A DNA stretch of 64,000 bases from Kondoa subrosea (taxonomy: Eukaryota): positions 1,232,530 through 1,296,529 of the forward strand of contig BCIN01000007.1 in the NCBI GenBank assembly GCA_039545335.1, written 5' to 3'. The notes beneath the pieces are model-generated. The model did not search any database. It was not told the DNA's origin and worked only from the letters and a program-made list of their open reading frames with translations. Made by a program: the position numbers and the translations under genes. Positions 13,511-28,526 of the stretch are shown here, one piece after another; position 1 is the first letter of the stretch, and the number at the start of each line of letters is the position of its first letter.

Positions 13511-16500
13511 ATGCAGCAAGCAGAACCAGACCCATCGACTTTGTTGCAAAGTGTAATCCGGTCTCAAGCAGAAGAGCAGCCTAGCGCAGACTTGACTGCC
13601 TACTTATCTACACATCCTACTCTAGTCTTGATCTTACTGCAACCTCTGCTGCAACGGTTGGGCGACGCTGCTTCTACACCGAGATTGAAATTATGGATTC
13701 TCGACACTGCCTTCAGGACTGCTCTGTCCATGCCAGCCTTGCCTATGGATCAGAAAACACAATGTATGCCTATTGGTCTCTTTAAAATATCGGTCCTATG
13801 CGTCCATGCTGAAATCTTGATGCTATAGTATGTACTCAAGTGCTAGAGTACTTTACACCTCTGCTGCATGATCAAGATCACAAAATTAAGAAAGCTGCTG
13901 TTCAATGTTTCGCTTCCGCTTATCCTTTGTTATTCCGTGAAGCTTGTGTTAAACACAATCAAGCAATGTGGGAGAAAGTACTGGCTACAAAGAATACTGT
14001 CTTGAATTCATGGACAACATCTTCTACTGGTGTAAGAGTAGCTGCTACGAAAGCTGTTCAAAAGATTATACAAACGCAAACTCGAGGAAATGCTGATCCT
14101 AGAGTAAGTCTTCGCTCGACTGCCCTGTCAAGTATGCTTGATGTTTCTTGTTCAGATGCAACATCGCGTCGAACCAAATTTGGCAATGTGTCCTTCCTCT
14201 CATCCTTTCCTCAATTTACAAAATCTGGAAGATGAAGCCAAACGTTTACTCGAAGAATGTGGGAAACAGATCTACACTTCCTCTATCCCAGATGTTATGT
14301 CTGCCATCATCAACGTCTACACCGGATTAATCAAAGCTCGCCCTGCCCTCTCGTCGTCCATTTTCACCTCTATGGTCAATTGGGATCCATCCACTTTACA
14401 ATCCGCTTCTACTTGTACACCTTTACAAATCCGATCTGTTGAAAAAACTTTTAGAATCGCTTTAGCTCATTTACTTCGTTCTGGTCATGCAACTAATTTC
14501 ACTGGACCAATTACTGAATTCTTGCATAAACAAAATCAAAGAATGTTAGTAGCAGCAGAAGAAGGTCGTCGAAAAAAAGAAGAAGAAGCGAAAAGAAAAA
14601 GAGAAAGAATTAATGATGATTTAACACTTTTGACTTCCTCTACTACTACTGTAAATGGAGAACCAGATAACAAGAAAAGAAAATTGGATAACTCTTCTTC
14701 TACTGCTATACCTGCTTCTACTTCTATGAGAAATTTCGCTAGCGCTAGTGCTAGAGTTAATAGGGATGATATGGCTCCTAATCCTTTGGCTGGATTCGAT
14801 GTCACTACTTTACCAGTTGCTTTAGTTACGGAATTGATTATTGCGAATTTGCAAGTGGTCACTGAAGCAGTACTAGCCACTGCTATCGGGGTAAGCTTCT
14901 TGTCCTTGGTTTCGAATGTGTGTTCAACCTCTCAATACTAGGACATACGAAGAGAACTGCCAGAAACGGTCAAAGAAGAGAGGCGTGGACCTGTTAATCC
15001 TTTGATAGCGGAAGAAGATGACGAATTGGCGATTGCACCTATTGAAGAGGTATGTTTGATCGCTTTTAGATTAGAACAACTTAGATTCTCATACTCGTCT
15101 CTTTTAAAAATCAGGAGGAAGAATTAGATGAAGCAGACAAAGAACTCGATGTCTTTGAATTGGAAGTAGCAGAATCTACATCACCTCAACAACAGAAACA
15201 ACTTTTGATTTCTGCTGTCGCTCGAATATCTGCTGCACCTTCAGAAGGCCAGACTTTGCAAAATCCGCTTTGGTTGTCTCTTATATCTAGACTGATAACG
15301 AAAGGGTTGTCTGGGGTAGAAGCGGAGCAGGAGGTGGTTAGGGAAGCTTTGTTTGACATCATCAAGGAAGATCTATCTGCAAGGTCAGCAGAATTTCCAC
15401 CTTATGTTGTATTCAACTAAGTGCGGAAGTTGCATGACAGGCTGCCGATTGCTCAAACTTGGCTGAACGAAGAATGGCTTTCTCGGCCTGATCAAAACGC
15501 TACAGATTCGGTATGGCTCATTGTTATGACTCTCGCGTCGACCGCTTATGTTACTCTCATGTAGCCGTACAACATCGGTCTTACTCGTATTCTTGACACC
15601 CTGCTTTCAACAGAGCTCAAAACAACAGATCTCCAATCTCGGCAGATTACACAATTCATCCTCGATCTACCTTCATTACCCTCAAGCGAACTCTCGCGCT
15701 TACATACTCTATGTCAGCATCAGGCACAGTGAGTCAAGTTATCAATGATATAATCGCTCCACTAATTAGTGCGCAGCCTACAACTCGGCTTCACCACTCT
15801 ACGAGATATCGTTCTCTTCCGAACAGTAAATCGTTCTACAGCCCTTGATCTTTTGCTCTCGCTCGCTACACATACTGAAAAACTCGTCCGCAACGCAGCC
15901 ATCCTTACACTCAAGCGATGGGTTCCAGATCTACCTCCAATGGCAGAAACAGTGACTGATTTTGCCATACATCTACTCAACCGACTCGACACTACATTGA
16001 ACGATGATATGGCAATAGACGACGAGGATGATATGAAGACCACTCCTCAGCCCGAACAAAAATGCGCAACCGTGCAAGACGGACAGGTCATCTCTGGTCT
16101 TGATCAACCAGCGACGGAGCAAGTTGTTACTCAACATATCGAATTACTGCTTGCTCTCAGCGTGAAGTCGCCTGAACTGCTGGATCGGTAAGTTCCGATT
16201 GATTTGAGCTTCTGAATAAGGCTGATGTCGCACCGCAGGCTTTTCGACACATATCCTCGCATGCAAAAAGAAACACAAACGCATATACAGAAGCTCATCA
16301 CCATGCTTGTTAAATCTATGGGCGCGAAGAACGCTAAAATACTAGACCTTATACGAAATTCACCACCCGGAGCTGAAGATCTTGTCCTTCGAGTAATCGC
16401 TATTCTTACAGAAAAAGGGAAGACTGCGCCTCCTCTCGTTGCTCTGATCAAAGAAATGGCTCTAGAGCGAGATTTAAGCCCTCGTTACATGGTTGCGGTG

Positions 16501-17419
16501 ATCTCGGAATTGGACAAGGTACGCAGCATAGCTCGTTGACAGACTTGACTGATAAGGGACTAACGTCGCGTACAGCCTGAGATAATCAGGATGCTGCCCA
16601 AGATCTTATCTCTTGCCACTGCCTCGCCAGCCGATAAAGCCTTAGTCAAGTCGGTCATCGAGAACATTCTATCTCAGCCTCAGCAGTTCGGCACTGTGTC
16701 GACAAATATACCCCGACCGCGATCTTCCGAGCTACTTAGCCCTGTTGAGTTCTTGATATTGCTGCATAACAATATCAAGGACACTGGCTTGGAACCGACG
16801 AAAGAAGGTAGGGTTTTGCTTCTAGATTGATCTATTGTACTGACGGTATGTGCAGTCATAAGCATGTGTCTGAGCATGCATGACCTTTTCCGGCCGGAAA
16901 TTCTGGCAGCCTTCATGCAGCAAGTGATAGACGAGCCTGTTCTGCCTGCCTTGTTCCTGCGAACAGTACGTTGCATTTAGCGCAACATGTGGCACAGCTG
17001 ATCTTGATATGTCTAACAGGTCATTCAAGCTGCCACTATGCACAAATCACTGCAGCCCTATGTTTCGTCGAATCTCCTATCCCGTCTAATCACGAAGAAA
17101 GTCTGGACAACGCCTAGCTTATGGGAAGGCTTCATTCGGTGCGCAAAGACGACCGCGCCGCATTCTTTTGGCACACTTCTCTCTCTGCCGAAAGATCAGC
17201 TTCGCGAAGTAGTTCAAAAACAACCCAATCTGCAACAACCTCTGCGCGAACACGTCATCCAGAGTGAGTTTGCTTCGCGAAGTATCCTTACCGCTCTTAT
17301 AATATCACGCAGAGTTCGGCTCCAATAAGACACGGTTACACTCCTTACTTGAAGTTCTTGGGGGAGATGAGGGAATAGGGTCGCCTGCAGCGAGTAATGG
17401 TTCTCCTGTACCCTTTTGA
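13511..17419 (+). CDS. Symplekin/Pta1 (cleavage and polyadenylation scaffold), multi-exon
   Basis: N-terminal HEAT-like region (KKAAVQCFASAYPLLF, VRVAATKAVQKIIQTQT, QIRSVEKT). WLNEEW motif. C-terminal symplekin motifs LSPVEFLILLH, LFLRTVIQA and LLSRLITKKVWTTPSLWEGFIRCA. Confidence 0.9.
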
Positions 17420-17517
17420 AGCATAGCACTGTCAATCAAGCTACTACTTTGTATAGCACGAGAACCCAAGACTATAATCTGATTATTTACACTTTTTGAC
17501 AAGCTCTACAAGCTCTT

Positions 17518-20500
17518 TCATATTTTCGCACCTGAGAGACACGTATCAGCGACGCTCTAGCAAGACTTTGTCGACTGACCAATCCCTACACGCAATGTTG
17601 ACGATTCTTCAATCATGTAGTCTCCTGATTCCGGGAAGATCTGGGCAGCTGTACATCGCAAAAGGTTAGTACAGGTACTCGCGAGACAATTCAAGCGTAC
17701 CTCCGCGATACAGATACTCCAACAGGAAAGTTCTGATTTCGTTCACTATACAATTCCATATCCGATTCTTGTACTCGAGCTTCTTCGATTGCACTGGGTT
17801 GTAGCTTGGTATAATATGAGTACAGTGATCTGCGGCGACTTCCAGCGCTTTTACTCGAGCATGCCATTTCTCGCCATGCCCGAGCGTTTGAGTTCCGCCG
17901 CTTTCTATTCGTAATATTCGCTGCAGTACAGGCTTCTCCAGTCCACGAAGCTGTTCAATGACGTAAGCTATGCAGGAAATATAAGAGGGAAAGCACTCAC
18001 GTCGCATCGCTGTCGATACCCTAATCGCAGAGTCATCATATAAAAGCCTATTCCAGGTTGAGCGCCGCATCGGATATCGAGACATGATGACTCACCGTCC
18101 AATCCTTTCAGCTTATTTAGTAGAATCTGATCTCCCTCTTCAACATACGGCACATGTTGTCTTCGTATGCTCAAAAAAACAATGATCCGCGGTAAAACCA
18201 ATATTCTTCTCGTCAGAGCAGTGAAAGAATGAGGTGCTCCTATACCACTGCCGAAATGATGAAAGAAGGAGAACATATCGACCTGGGCGCATTTTGAGCT
18301 ACTCAAGCCGCCAAATTTCTTGGATCGCAACTCACTCGTGGTAATTTCAGCGGCTTTCCGTTCCCATCTTGCAGAGATAGACTTCTCGTCGGCCCGTTAT
18401 CGACCATAAGCTTGACTCTTCTTCCATCATGGACTTGAGTTGTTGTTCTTGATAGGATACTTTCCAAATTATTTGAACGCATTCGTATAAGACTATCATG
18501 CGGATCTTCCTCATCGTGTGAATGTACCACTCGCAATATAGCAGGTTCTTCCAGTTCGTTGATATCCCCTAGATTAGGTGAATCCTTTTCTGTTAATTCT
18601 GCTGGATCGTCCTCTTTCGGGTGATAATGCTTAAAGACTTCATTCAAGAACAATCGATGATCTGCGTCGAATCTATTGAAAAGTGATAGTAGTGATAGTC
18701 AGGGACTTATTTTCCGTTACGAAATCTGTGCATCTTGACTCACTGATCTTCCAAGCTTTTAGCCCATGTCCAGAAACAAAGGAAAGCGGCCAAAACAACA
18801 CTGAAAACCAAAGTGAACCAAGCGCCGTGCGGTACTTTTTGCAAAGAACTGGAGAAGAAGAGACCATCGATGAAACCAAAGAAGATGAAGAAGGCTAAAG
18901 GGATAAGGAACTGATAACCCTTGACCAAGTACATGACCAGACTGAGGAGTACTGTGGTGAGGAAGAGTGTACCAGAGACACAAAGGCCGTAGCTGTTAAA
19001 AGCAGGTGAGGACGATTAGGGATTGTTGGGATATCACACATACGCATTAGTTAGCGCTTGATCTGTTCCGTAAAAACTTGAGTTGCCGGTTCTACCAAAT
19101 CCTCCAGCGACGCAAAGTGTACCAGCCATGAGACCGAAATTGATAACAGGCATGTAGATTTGCTGCAAGCAAGTAGTTAAGCGCAGTCTTATAGCAGTAA
19201 TAGAAGTGCTAGACTTACAGCTCGTTTGCTTTCGCTTGTATGAATGATTTCAATTGGAGCTGCACGTAACAAATGATCAAAGAAAGTCGTCTGTCACGAG
19301 CTGGAACAACTAACGGAAACTTCGCAACCCGATCAGATGTTGGATCAGGGAGAAAGTAGCAGTAATACTATTTTTCGCTTTTCGTCAGCTTTGCTCTTCT
19401 TGAACACTTGAGTTATCAATACATACATGCCTTGACTAGCTACAACAGTAGCAGCCATACTGATGATCCAAACGACCCAAAACAATGCATTCCCTTTGGT
19501 TTGCGGGATGGATTCGTAGAAAATGTTGCCAACGATAGTATCGCTTTCCAAGGCGATCAAAGCCGCTCCTTGGCCCAAATAATTGAACGTTAGTGCCGGA
19601 TAAACTAGAGCTCCGAATCCTAGTCTAATAGATGATTTGTCAAATTGACCCAAACTATTTGACTTTTAGATGAGCACCTCCATGCGCAAGACGGAGTAGA
19701 GTAAGATTTACCTAGCAAATAAGGATTCAACTCCAGTAACGCATAGTAATACACCTGCCAGATGAGAGATCGATTCATCCCTAGTGAACCATAAAACTGC
19801 TCTACTGGGATCGAAAGCTCTGAAGATCTGTGGATAAAGGGTGATGTTGTAAATTCCAATACCGAAAAGGAACAGCAACCAAAGAACAATGACGGGAGTG
19901 AAGATGAAGCTAAGTCGAGCGACACCAAGTCTTTGGACTGAGAAAAGAACAGCTAAGATGGCGATAGCAATACCCTTGATTTCTGGAATTGATAAATTGA
20001 GGCGAACATTCAGACCACCAACTGCTGATACTACGGAGACAGCTGCGAGTGGTTGGATCATCAGAAGTCGTTCGAAAGACTGATCAATGCAATTTACCTG
20101 GCGCAAGCAGACCATCTGCTATCATGAGTGCTGAAGCAAAGAGAGTGATGCCAGTACTGAGAGAACAAGTCAGCGCATGAACTATTGTATGGATCACAAA
20201 CCTACATTGTGACTTTTGCCCAATGCCTCGAAATGTATGATCTGCAAGGTTTAGTCAATGAAGCTGTTCAACCATAACACAAAGCAGCCCACTGATTTTG
20301 AGGGAACAGAATAGTATACAGCGCAACTGGACCACCTCTGTACCGAGATTCAAAGGGAGAAAGGCTGCACAGGTGAAAGACTAACTCTCCAGATGAAGTT
20401 CCAAATTGCAACGCTATGAGTGCGGTCTTGACGATACCGACCAATAACAGAGCCCAGATGATAGCACTGATAGCACCCACTGATACCAAGTGATGAGCGA

Positions 20501-21024
20501 TATTCCTTGATGCCCAATAAGATTTTGCTTGACTCACAAACATCTTCATCTGGCGGTTGAATTCTTTCGTCCAAGGTCGTAGGGAAGATAGCATTCAGCA
20601 CATAAATAGGCGATGTTCTACAAGTCAACTGAGGATTGAGTTTCCGACAATGTAGTGACACTGCCACTAACCCTGTGCGGAATCGATCAGATCTGCATAG
20701 CAAGGCACATCTGAAGACTTACCGATATCTCCTGCAATACGCACAGATGCATGCATCAGTACTACCTCATTCAGGCCGACGCCTAACCTACCAAAGATCA
20801 AACCTGTTCATGCATAACATGTCAGTTTTAAAAAGGCTTATTTCCCCACAAAATGTATGCTGACCACAAGCTGTGAGGGCAGTGATGAAGAGCGAGTGCC
20901 GTTCATCTGATGACATCCGCCCGCTCTTTTTATGGCTACTGGTCGACGTTCTCTGCCAAGGCTGTATCGTCCAGGAGCTCGCGACCGGTGACCTGATTAT
21001 TTTAGCTTCAACTGCTTCAACCAT
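17518..21024 (-). CDS. KUP/HAK/KT potassium transporter, multi-exon
   Basis: Spliced GLIFGDIGTSPIYVLN. Also GGPVALYT, AVSVVSAVGGL, QRLGVARLSFIFTP, GVLLCVTGVESLFA, VYPALTFNYLGQGA, ATVVASQ and KVPHGAWF. Start codon uncertain. Confidence 0.92.
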
Positions 21025-21330
21025 TTGCAGGGTGAAAAGACAGCTGCGATTGTAAAGAGATAGTCAAGTACAGACAAGCAACAGCCCGATGTTGAAAAAG
21101 CAAAGCAAGATAACAGCAAAATGTGTCGAAAACGTGTTGCTTCCAAGTGAACGTAACAACCTCTGCCATGGCTTCCTTGTCTTATGCCTACGCACGACCT
21201 GCTTTGCTCACAATCTTGGTCTCTCTGTAATCGACGCTTGCTTAACCGTTCCTGCAGTGCTTTTTGTTCTTTTGTTGGTATTTTCGCGTTTCATGTCCGA
21301 TTTCTGCAAGGATGATCATCTTCAACGAGC

Positions 21331-23001
21331 ATGCCCTCTACACTTTTGAGCGTCTTTCTCGCTTTCCTAGCAATAATTGGAACTTTGATACTCCGCTATT
21401 GGTCAACCTACAAGCGCTTTCGACATGGATTATCTCAAATGCAATTAATGGCCAGCGATGCAGATGCTTATTACCAAGATCATGAATCTCATCCGTTCTT
21501 TCATTTACCTATGCCTATCATGCCATCCCAAACTTTCATTGTATCACCTAGCTTGATCAAGAAGTATTACGCTACACCTACTTTGGATTATATTCATATC
21601 AAAAGAGAATTGGATATTTCAGTTTTCAGAATGCCTAGAGATTGTTTACCTACTTCTGGAACAAGAAGTCAAACGATGACTATGATTGAACATATGTTTC
21701 ATTCAGAATTAGCGCCAGTGAGATTGGAGGAAGTGATGCATCGATTCACCGAGGAAATCTATAAACATGTTAGAGTTCTGCAAGAGGAAGTAGGTGATCA
21801 AGGGAAAGAGATACCAATCAATCAAAGGTTTTACGAAATCATGCTGTTGTCAGCTGTGACTTCTTTCTTTGGCGTGAGTTCATCCAACAATCATAGTCCC
21901 TTCCTCAGCTGACTGATCTTTGTCAGACCAACTTTCCTTCACCTCTTGTCCTGCCTCATCTTCGTCATATGGCAGCACACCTAGCAGCAGCTGTAGTTCC
22001 AGGTCAATTACCTTGGCCATTATCTAGTCTAGCTACCTATCTACTAGGAACAGAAGGTCAAGACGCTTTTGAACGAGTGGCCATTATATGCGAAGATTGG
22101 TTGAACGAATTTGGAACTTCTCATGCTTCGGAATTGGTCATTAGAACAGAAGCAATGGCTAGAGCTAGTGGATGGACTAAGAGAGAAATTGGTATCATGA
22201 TGGGAATGCTTATGGTCACTCTGGTCGGTGCGTTTTTTGCCTTCCTCCTTTCGCGTAGTACAGAATCTGACGATACATGATTCAATTATAGCCAATTCAT
22301 CGGACGCAGCAGGGTGGATTCTTCTTACTCTTCTTCAATCACCAGTCCTATTACAAACGATTCAATCCGAAATATCTTCCTTACCTTCGTCAGAAGAAAA
22401 CCCTCTTCGACCCTATTTATCTGCTTCTAACCTCTCACACTATTGTCCTTACCTAACTTCTTCAATTCAAGAAACACTTCGACTCTTCACTTCAGTCTTA
22501 TCCGCTCGAATAGCATTACAAGATACCACTCTCACATCCTCTAATTCAACCGTTTTCATTCCCAAAAACACTCGAGTCATTGTACCTACTCGAGCAATGC
22601 ACGTTGATAAAACAATATGGGGAGAAGATGCTGCTTCTTGGAAAGGTGATCGTTTCTACGGTGAAGAAGGGAAAAAGAAGATAAGGGAAATAGCTCCTTG
22701 GGGTGGAGGAAGTTCAGCTTGCTCTGGTAGACATTTCGCCAATGTGGAATTGGCTTCGATTGCTGTTATTTTCTTGTCGGAATTGGATTTTCAACTAGAG
22801 GGAATGAAGTGTATAGGAACTGATGGGAAAGAAGTCGAAAGTCAATACTTTGGGATCATCGATTTAGATGGGAAGAAGCATGAGGGGAAATGGCCTGGTG
22901 CAAGAACGGATCCTCAAGCTGTCCAGTCTGGTGTTTTCAGAGCGGGTGCACAAATGGTCATACGAATCAAAAAGAGAAGTGAATCTGGACTGAAACTATG
23001 A
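21331..23001 (+). CDS. Cytochrome P450 (CYP7/CYP8-like sequence features), three exons
   Basis: N-terminal TM anchor, I-helix ANSSDAAGW, ExxR motif (ETLR), PERF-like WKGDRF, heme motif WGGGSSACSGRHFA. Confidence 0.88.
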
Positions 23002-23034
23002 AGAGATAAATGCATGGTATTACAAACAGGTAGA

Positions 23035-23900
23035 CTAGAAATTGAGCCACTTTGCCCCGACTATCTCAGCGATGCGTTTCTGACATGTGGTCAATGCAAT
23101 ATCAGCAGGCAGAGGAGCCGTCATCCAACCGTTCAGAAGGTTTCTTGCTTGCTCCACGTTCAACGCTATAATGGCTGCATCATTGGTGATGTTGCCATAG
23201 TCCTTCCAAGAAATGCATAAGCATTGATCAGTTTTCACTGTGCTATAGGTAGAACGCACCGGATACACTTCAGACGGTAATCTACCATCGAGGAAAGGAA
23301 CCTCCTTGTAAGGATTACAGGTTCCATCGCCCTTCCTGCGATTCTCATCCTGAACTTCAAGATCAGCCCAGATCAGCATGTGCGAGGCATGACTTTCAGA
23401 TACCAGTCGACGGTGTACATGCTGCATGTCTTTCTGCAAGGTGGCCAATTCTCCCTGCAGCTCGTCTACAGCTGCTTCCAAGGTTTCAACTTTTGTTTCC
23501 AAGGTTTCGACTTTCGCGGTGAGGGAAGCAGTTGCGGCATTGACGGCAGCATCAATAACAGCCTGCAAGTCAACTGCAGCTTGATTTGCGTTAGCTGTCC
23601 CATTGTTAACTCGTTAAAGCTTGTACCATAGTGGATGCATCAACGTTGAACTCACCCTGACTAAGGACAGCATTTTCATAAAGGTGAACAGCGACCAAAT
23701 CCTGATCCCCGAATTGTCCAACTACAGCAAGTCTCGATTATGAGCATTTGTGAACAATGACATGGAAATGGTAACGTATTTAACATTACAGTATGACGGT
23801 ATTGGATTGCTTGCAACACGTCGTCAAAAGTTGGTGGACAAGCTGGACGCGGGGGACGAGGAAGATTTCCAACCTGGACTACTTGTTCGATTTGTATCAT
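23035..23900 (-). CDS. Coiled-coil protein with a Mug135-like C-terminal domain, multi-exon
   Basis: Pro-rich N-terminus (LPRPPRPACPPTFDDVLQAIQY), heptad coiled coil, and C-terminal NRRKGDGTCNPYKEVPFLDGRLP...IIALNVEQARNLLNGW...RIAEIVG. Family assignment is from recall, not a search. Confidence 0.55.
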
Positions 23901-24270
23901 TGTCACGTTGTTGCAAAACAACAAAAGCGATAGCGGAAAGTCAACTTACGAGACAAAGGCAGAAGGAGAAGCTGGTGGTCGCAGTGAAACCTCTTTTGTA
24001 ACAACACTTCGTTGCAAATAAGATATATAATGTTTTTCGTTACGTACAGATGATAATGACAAATGCTAAAAATACTAAATCACAAAAAGGATCAGTTCCG
24101 CTATGCTATCGTTAGTCGTTAAAATAGACTCTTATAGGACAAGAATGCTGGACAATGTTTTTGCTGTACATATAGAATGCGAATGCGAATGATGATATAA
24201 CGACTATTTGCTGCTTGCTGCTGCTGCTGCGGTTGGATGATGTTGCATGAATAGCTTCTTCTTCTTCTTC

Positions 24271-25468
24271 TTATACAGTTAACTTCTCCGTTGATGAACT
24301 CGAGAAAGCTTCCTCTGATGCCAGCATCAAATCGTATTCTCTTGCTCTACCGGACAAAGCATTTGACCAATTAAGGGAAACACCAACGAGAACCAAAGCG
24401 ACTGAAAAGGTAAGAACAGCTGCATTGAAAGCTGGAGGCCATTCGGAGTGTTCTCCAGTTACCCATCCAGCGAAAAGTGAACCAATACTGATGGAATATC
24501 AGTTGGATTATTTGAGAAGAGGAAGAGCCTGAGCTAACGCTGGAGAGGTACACGACACAGCAACGAGAGCCCGCTTGTCTTTCGGTACAAATGGAATGCG
24601 ACCCATTTTTAGTTCGGTGTAAGCAGTAAAGTTGGGCAAGGAGATGCACATCTACATATACAGAGTGAGTTCAAGAACCCAGTATAGAGAGGTGTGGACT
24701 GCTTACCAGAGAAGTACCAGCCATCAAAGGTAAAAACGACAAGCGAATGTGAGACAGAGTTGCAGTCTGAACCAAATAAGCATTGATAGCGTATCCAAGT
24801 CCTGAATCAAGACTCTATCAGCTAGATCGTAGCTCTCATCTTTGTCAGACTGACCGATTAACAATGCTCCTGAAATGGAAACAGCCTTTAAAGCCAATCC
24901 TCTTTTTCTGTTAACGCTTGAAACGCAAGACCCAAAACCAATAGCAGCAGCAACGCAACCAATGAGACCTAATCCAGCCAAGACCGATCCGCTGAGATCA
25001 AAGAAAAGCGCGTCATTAAGAATGTCTCTTCCAAATTTCTCAGTTAGAGCTCACACTATCAAAGTCGTCTTCTTGTGAGTATAATGACCAGTAATAGCCT
25101 GACTACATCCGAAGCCCAGAATTAATTTCCCTCTGCACGAGTTCGATCAGCTAAGAAGCCCAGACAAAGGGGGAGAGAAAATGAATGACAACTCACAAGC
25201 AAGCAGCTAAGTAATACATTGGCACATGCCATGAAGTCCTATCTTTTGAAGCACGGTAAAGGAGTGCCAATTTCCTCTGTTCGGCGCAAAGGAGTTGTTT
25301 GGGTTGATGAGAGTCTTTAGAAAGAGATGGCAAGCCAACAAAGGTTTCTTCTGAATCAGTAGAGATATCTGCTACATGTTCTTCTTCTTCTGATGTAGTA
25401 CTTGAGAGGCTGCAAGTAGATTGGGATAGAACGTTGGCGCTGGTTGAAGCTACTCTTGAAATAGTCAT
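24271..25468 (-). CDS. Multi-pass membrane protein, possibly a divergent MFS-like protein, multi-exon
   Basis: Hydrophobic exons joined by plausible introns: SVLAGLGLIGCVAAAIGFG; TATLSHIRLSFLPLMAGTSL; MCISLPNFTAYTELKMGRIPFVPKDKRALV; SIGSLFAGWVTGEHSEWPPAFNAAVLTFSVALVLVGVSL...KLTV*. Confidence 0.55.
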
Positions 25469-25950
25469 TGTTTCGATGTGTCGATGGACGGAATGGGGGA
25501 TGATGGTGAGTAAAGGACAGTGCAGAAGTTGGATCAGTAATTGAGAATGGATTCGAATGATAGCAAAGCGGTCAAAGGGAAACGTTTCGCTTAGAATCTG
25601 AGCTTTGTTGTGAGCCCCTGTTCAGAGCTTGGCGTTATCCATAAAGATGGTGAGGGCAAGAGCAAGTCCCAAGAGACGCTTGAGTTAGATGCTTGGCCCT
25701 TGTTGTGTTGAAGAAGTCAGCACACCAGCTGGTTGAGATCGGAATACCTGCAAAAACAGATGGACATCAATGCCAAGGTAGATTTTACTCGCCTGCGATG
25801 TCTCAGCGAGTCGACATGGAGCACTGTAAAGACCACTGTCTTCCAATGCACAAGGTATAATACTATGCTGATGCCGTGAAGGTACAAAACGATTGCTTGC
25901 GAAATAACTTCCGACCCCCCGCTCGCTGATCCCTTGCTCCGATCTGCAGA

Positions 25951-27901
<1,951 letters not shown>

Positions 27902-28526
27902 TGTTTTGAATTTGCTTGAGAAGGTAGAAGAGAAGCAGGGCAGTGACAAGCGTTAAGTAGGCTAGAGAAAGGAGTGTAGAGGTGCAAGTGTGCGTTTGGG
28001 AGATAAGAGTTGGAAGCAAAGGACAAAGTGCTCGCAACACAAAAGCAAGACCCTTGTGTGCTATGACCCTGTTTTGGGGGCAAAGAGTGAAAGAAAGGAA
28101 GACTTTGCCTTTTGGCAGCCGATAAGTAGCGAGTTACTGATAAGACAGAGGGGTTGAAGAAGAGCAAGCAAAGAGCGAGAGAAGACTTTATAGCCGTGTT
28201 TGCATTTGCATTTGTTTCACAGCGCGAACATCCGCGAATCAGACGAGGTGCGAGCGCAATACATTACACGCGTCCGTTTCGTGCGCACGGCAATAGCACG
28301 ACGACAGTGATGCATGAAAGATAGTAGAATAGCGAGCTGGCAAGATTTGACGCGTTCTCACTCTCTGTCGGATTTTCCACATGCTGCTCTTTCTCTTGCT
28401 TTCTCGTACTGCTCGTCTTGTTTCTTCCTAAGTCGTGTATCCAGCGACGAATTGACTGGTGACCTGAGTGGTGTATAGCGATCAAGCTCATGTGTCTCTC
28501 TCTTATCTCGTTTGCATGATTCCGTT

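Noticed and set aside
17281..17290. GTATCCTT, resembling a U12-type 5' splice site (a similar GTATCCT lies in the MAPK intron at ~27445)
   Set aside because: Both lie inside ordinary U2-type introns, not at exon boundaries required by the protein frame.
24209..24272. (CTG)n and (TTC)n short triplet runs
   Set aside because: Ordinary microsatellites in a 3' UTR or intergenic region, with no spacer-repeat or CRISPR-like organisation.
24721..24730. Apparent in-frame stops in several ORFs, suggesting recoding or an alternative genetic code
   Set aside because: Nearly all are explained by short introns under the standard code.
28212..28273. TGTTTCA (pheromone-response-like element) and ACGCGT (MCB-like element) upstream of the MAPK
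   Set aside because: Single short motifs are expected by chance. These are ascomycete consensus sites with no supporting clustering.
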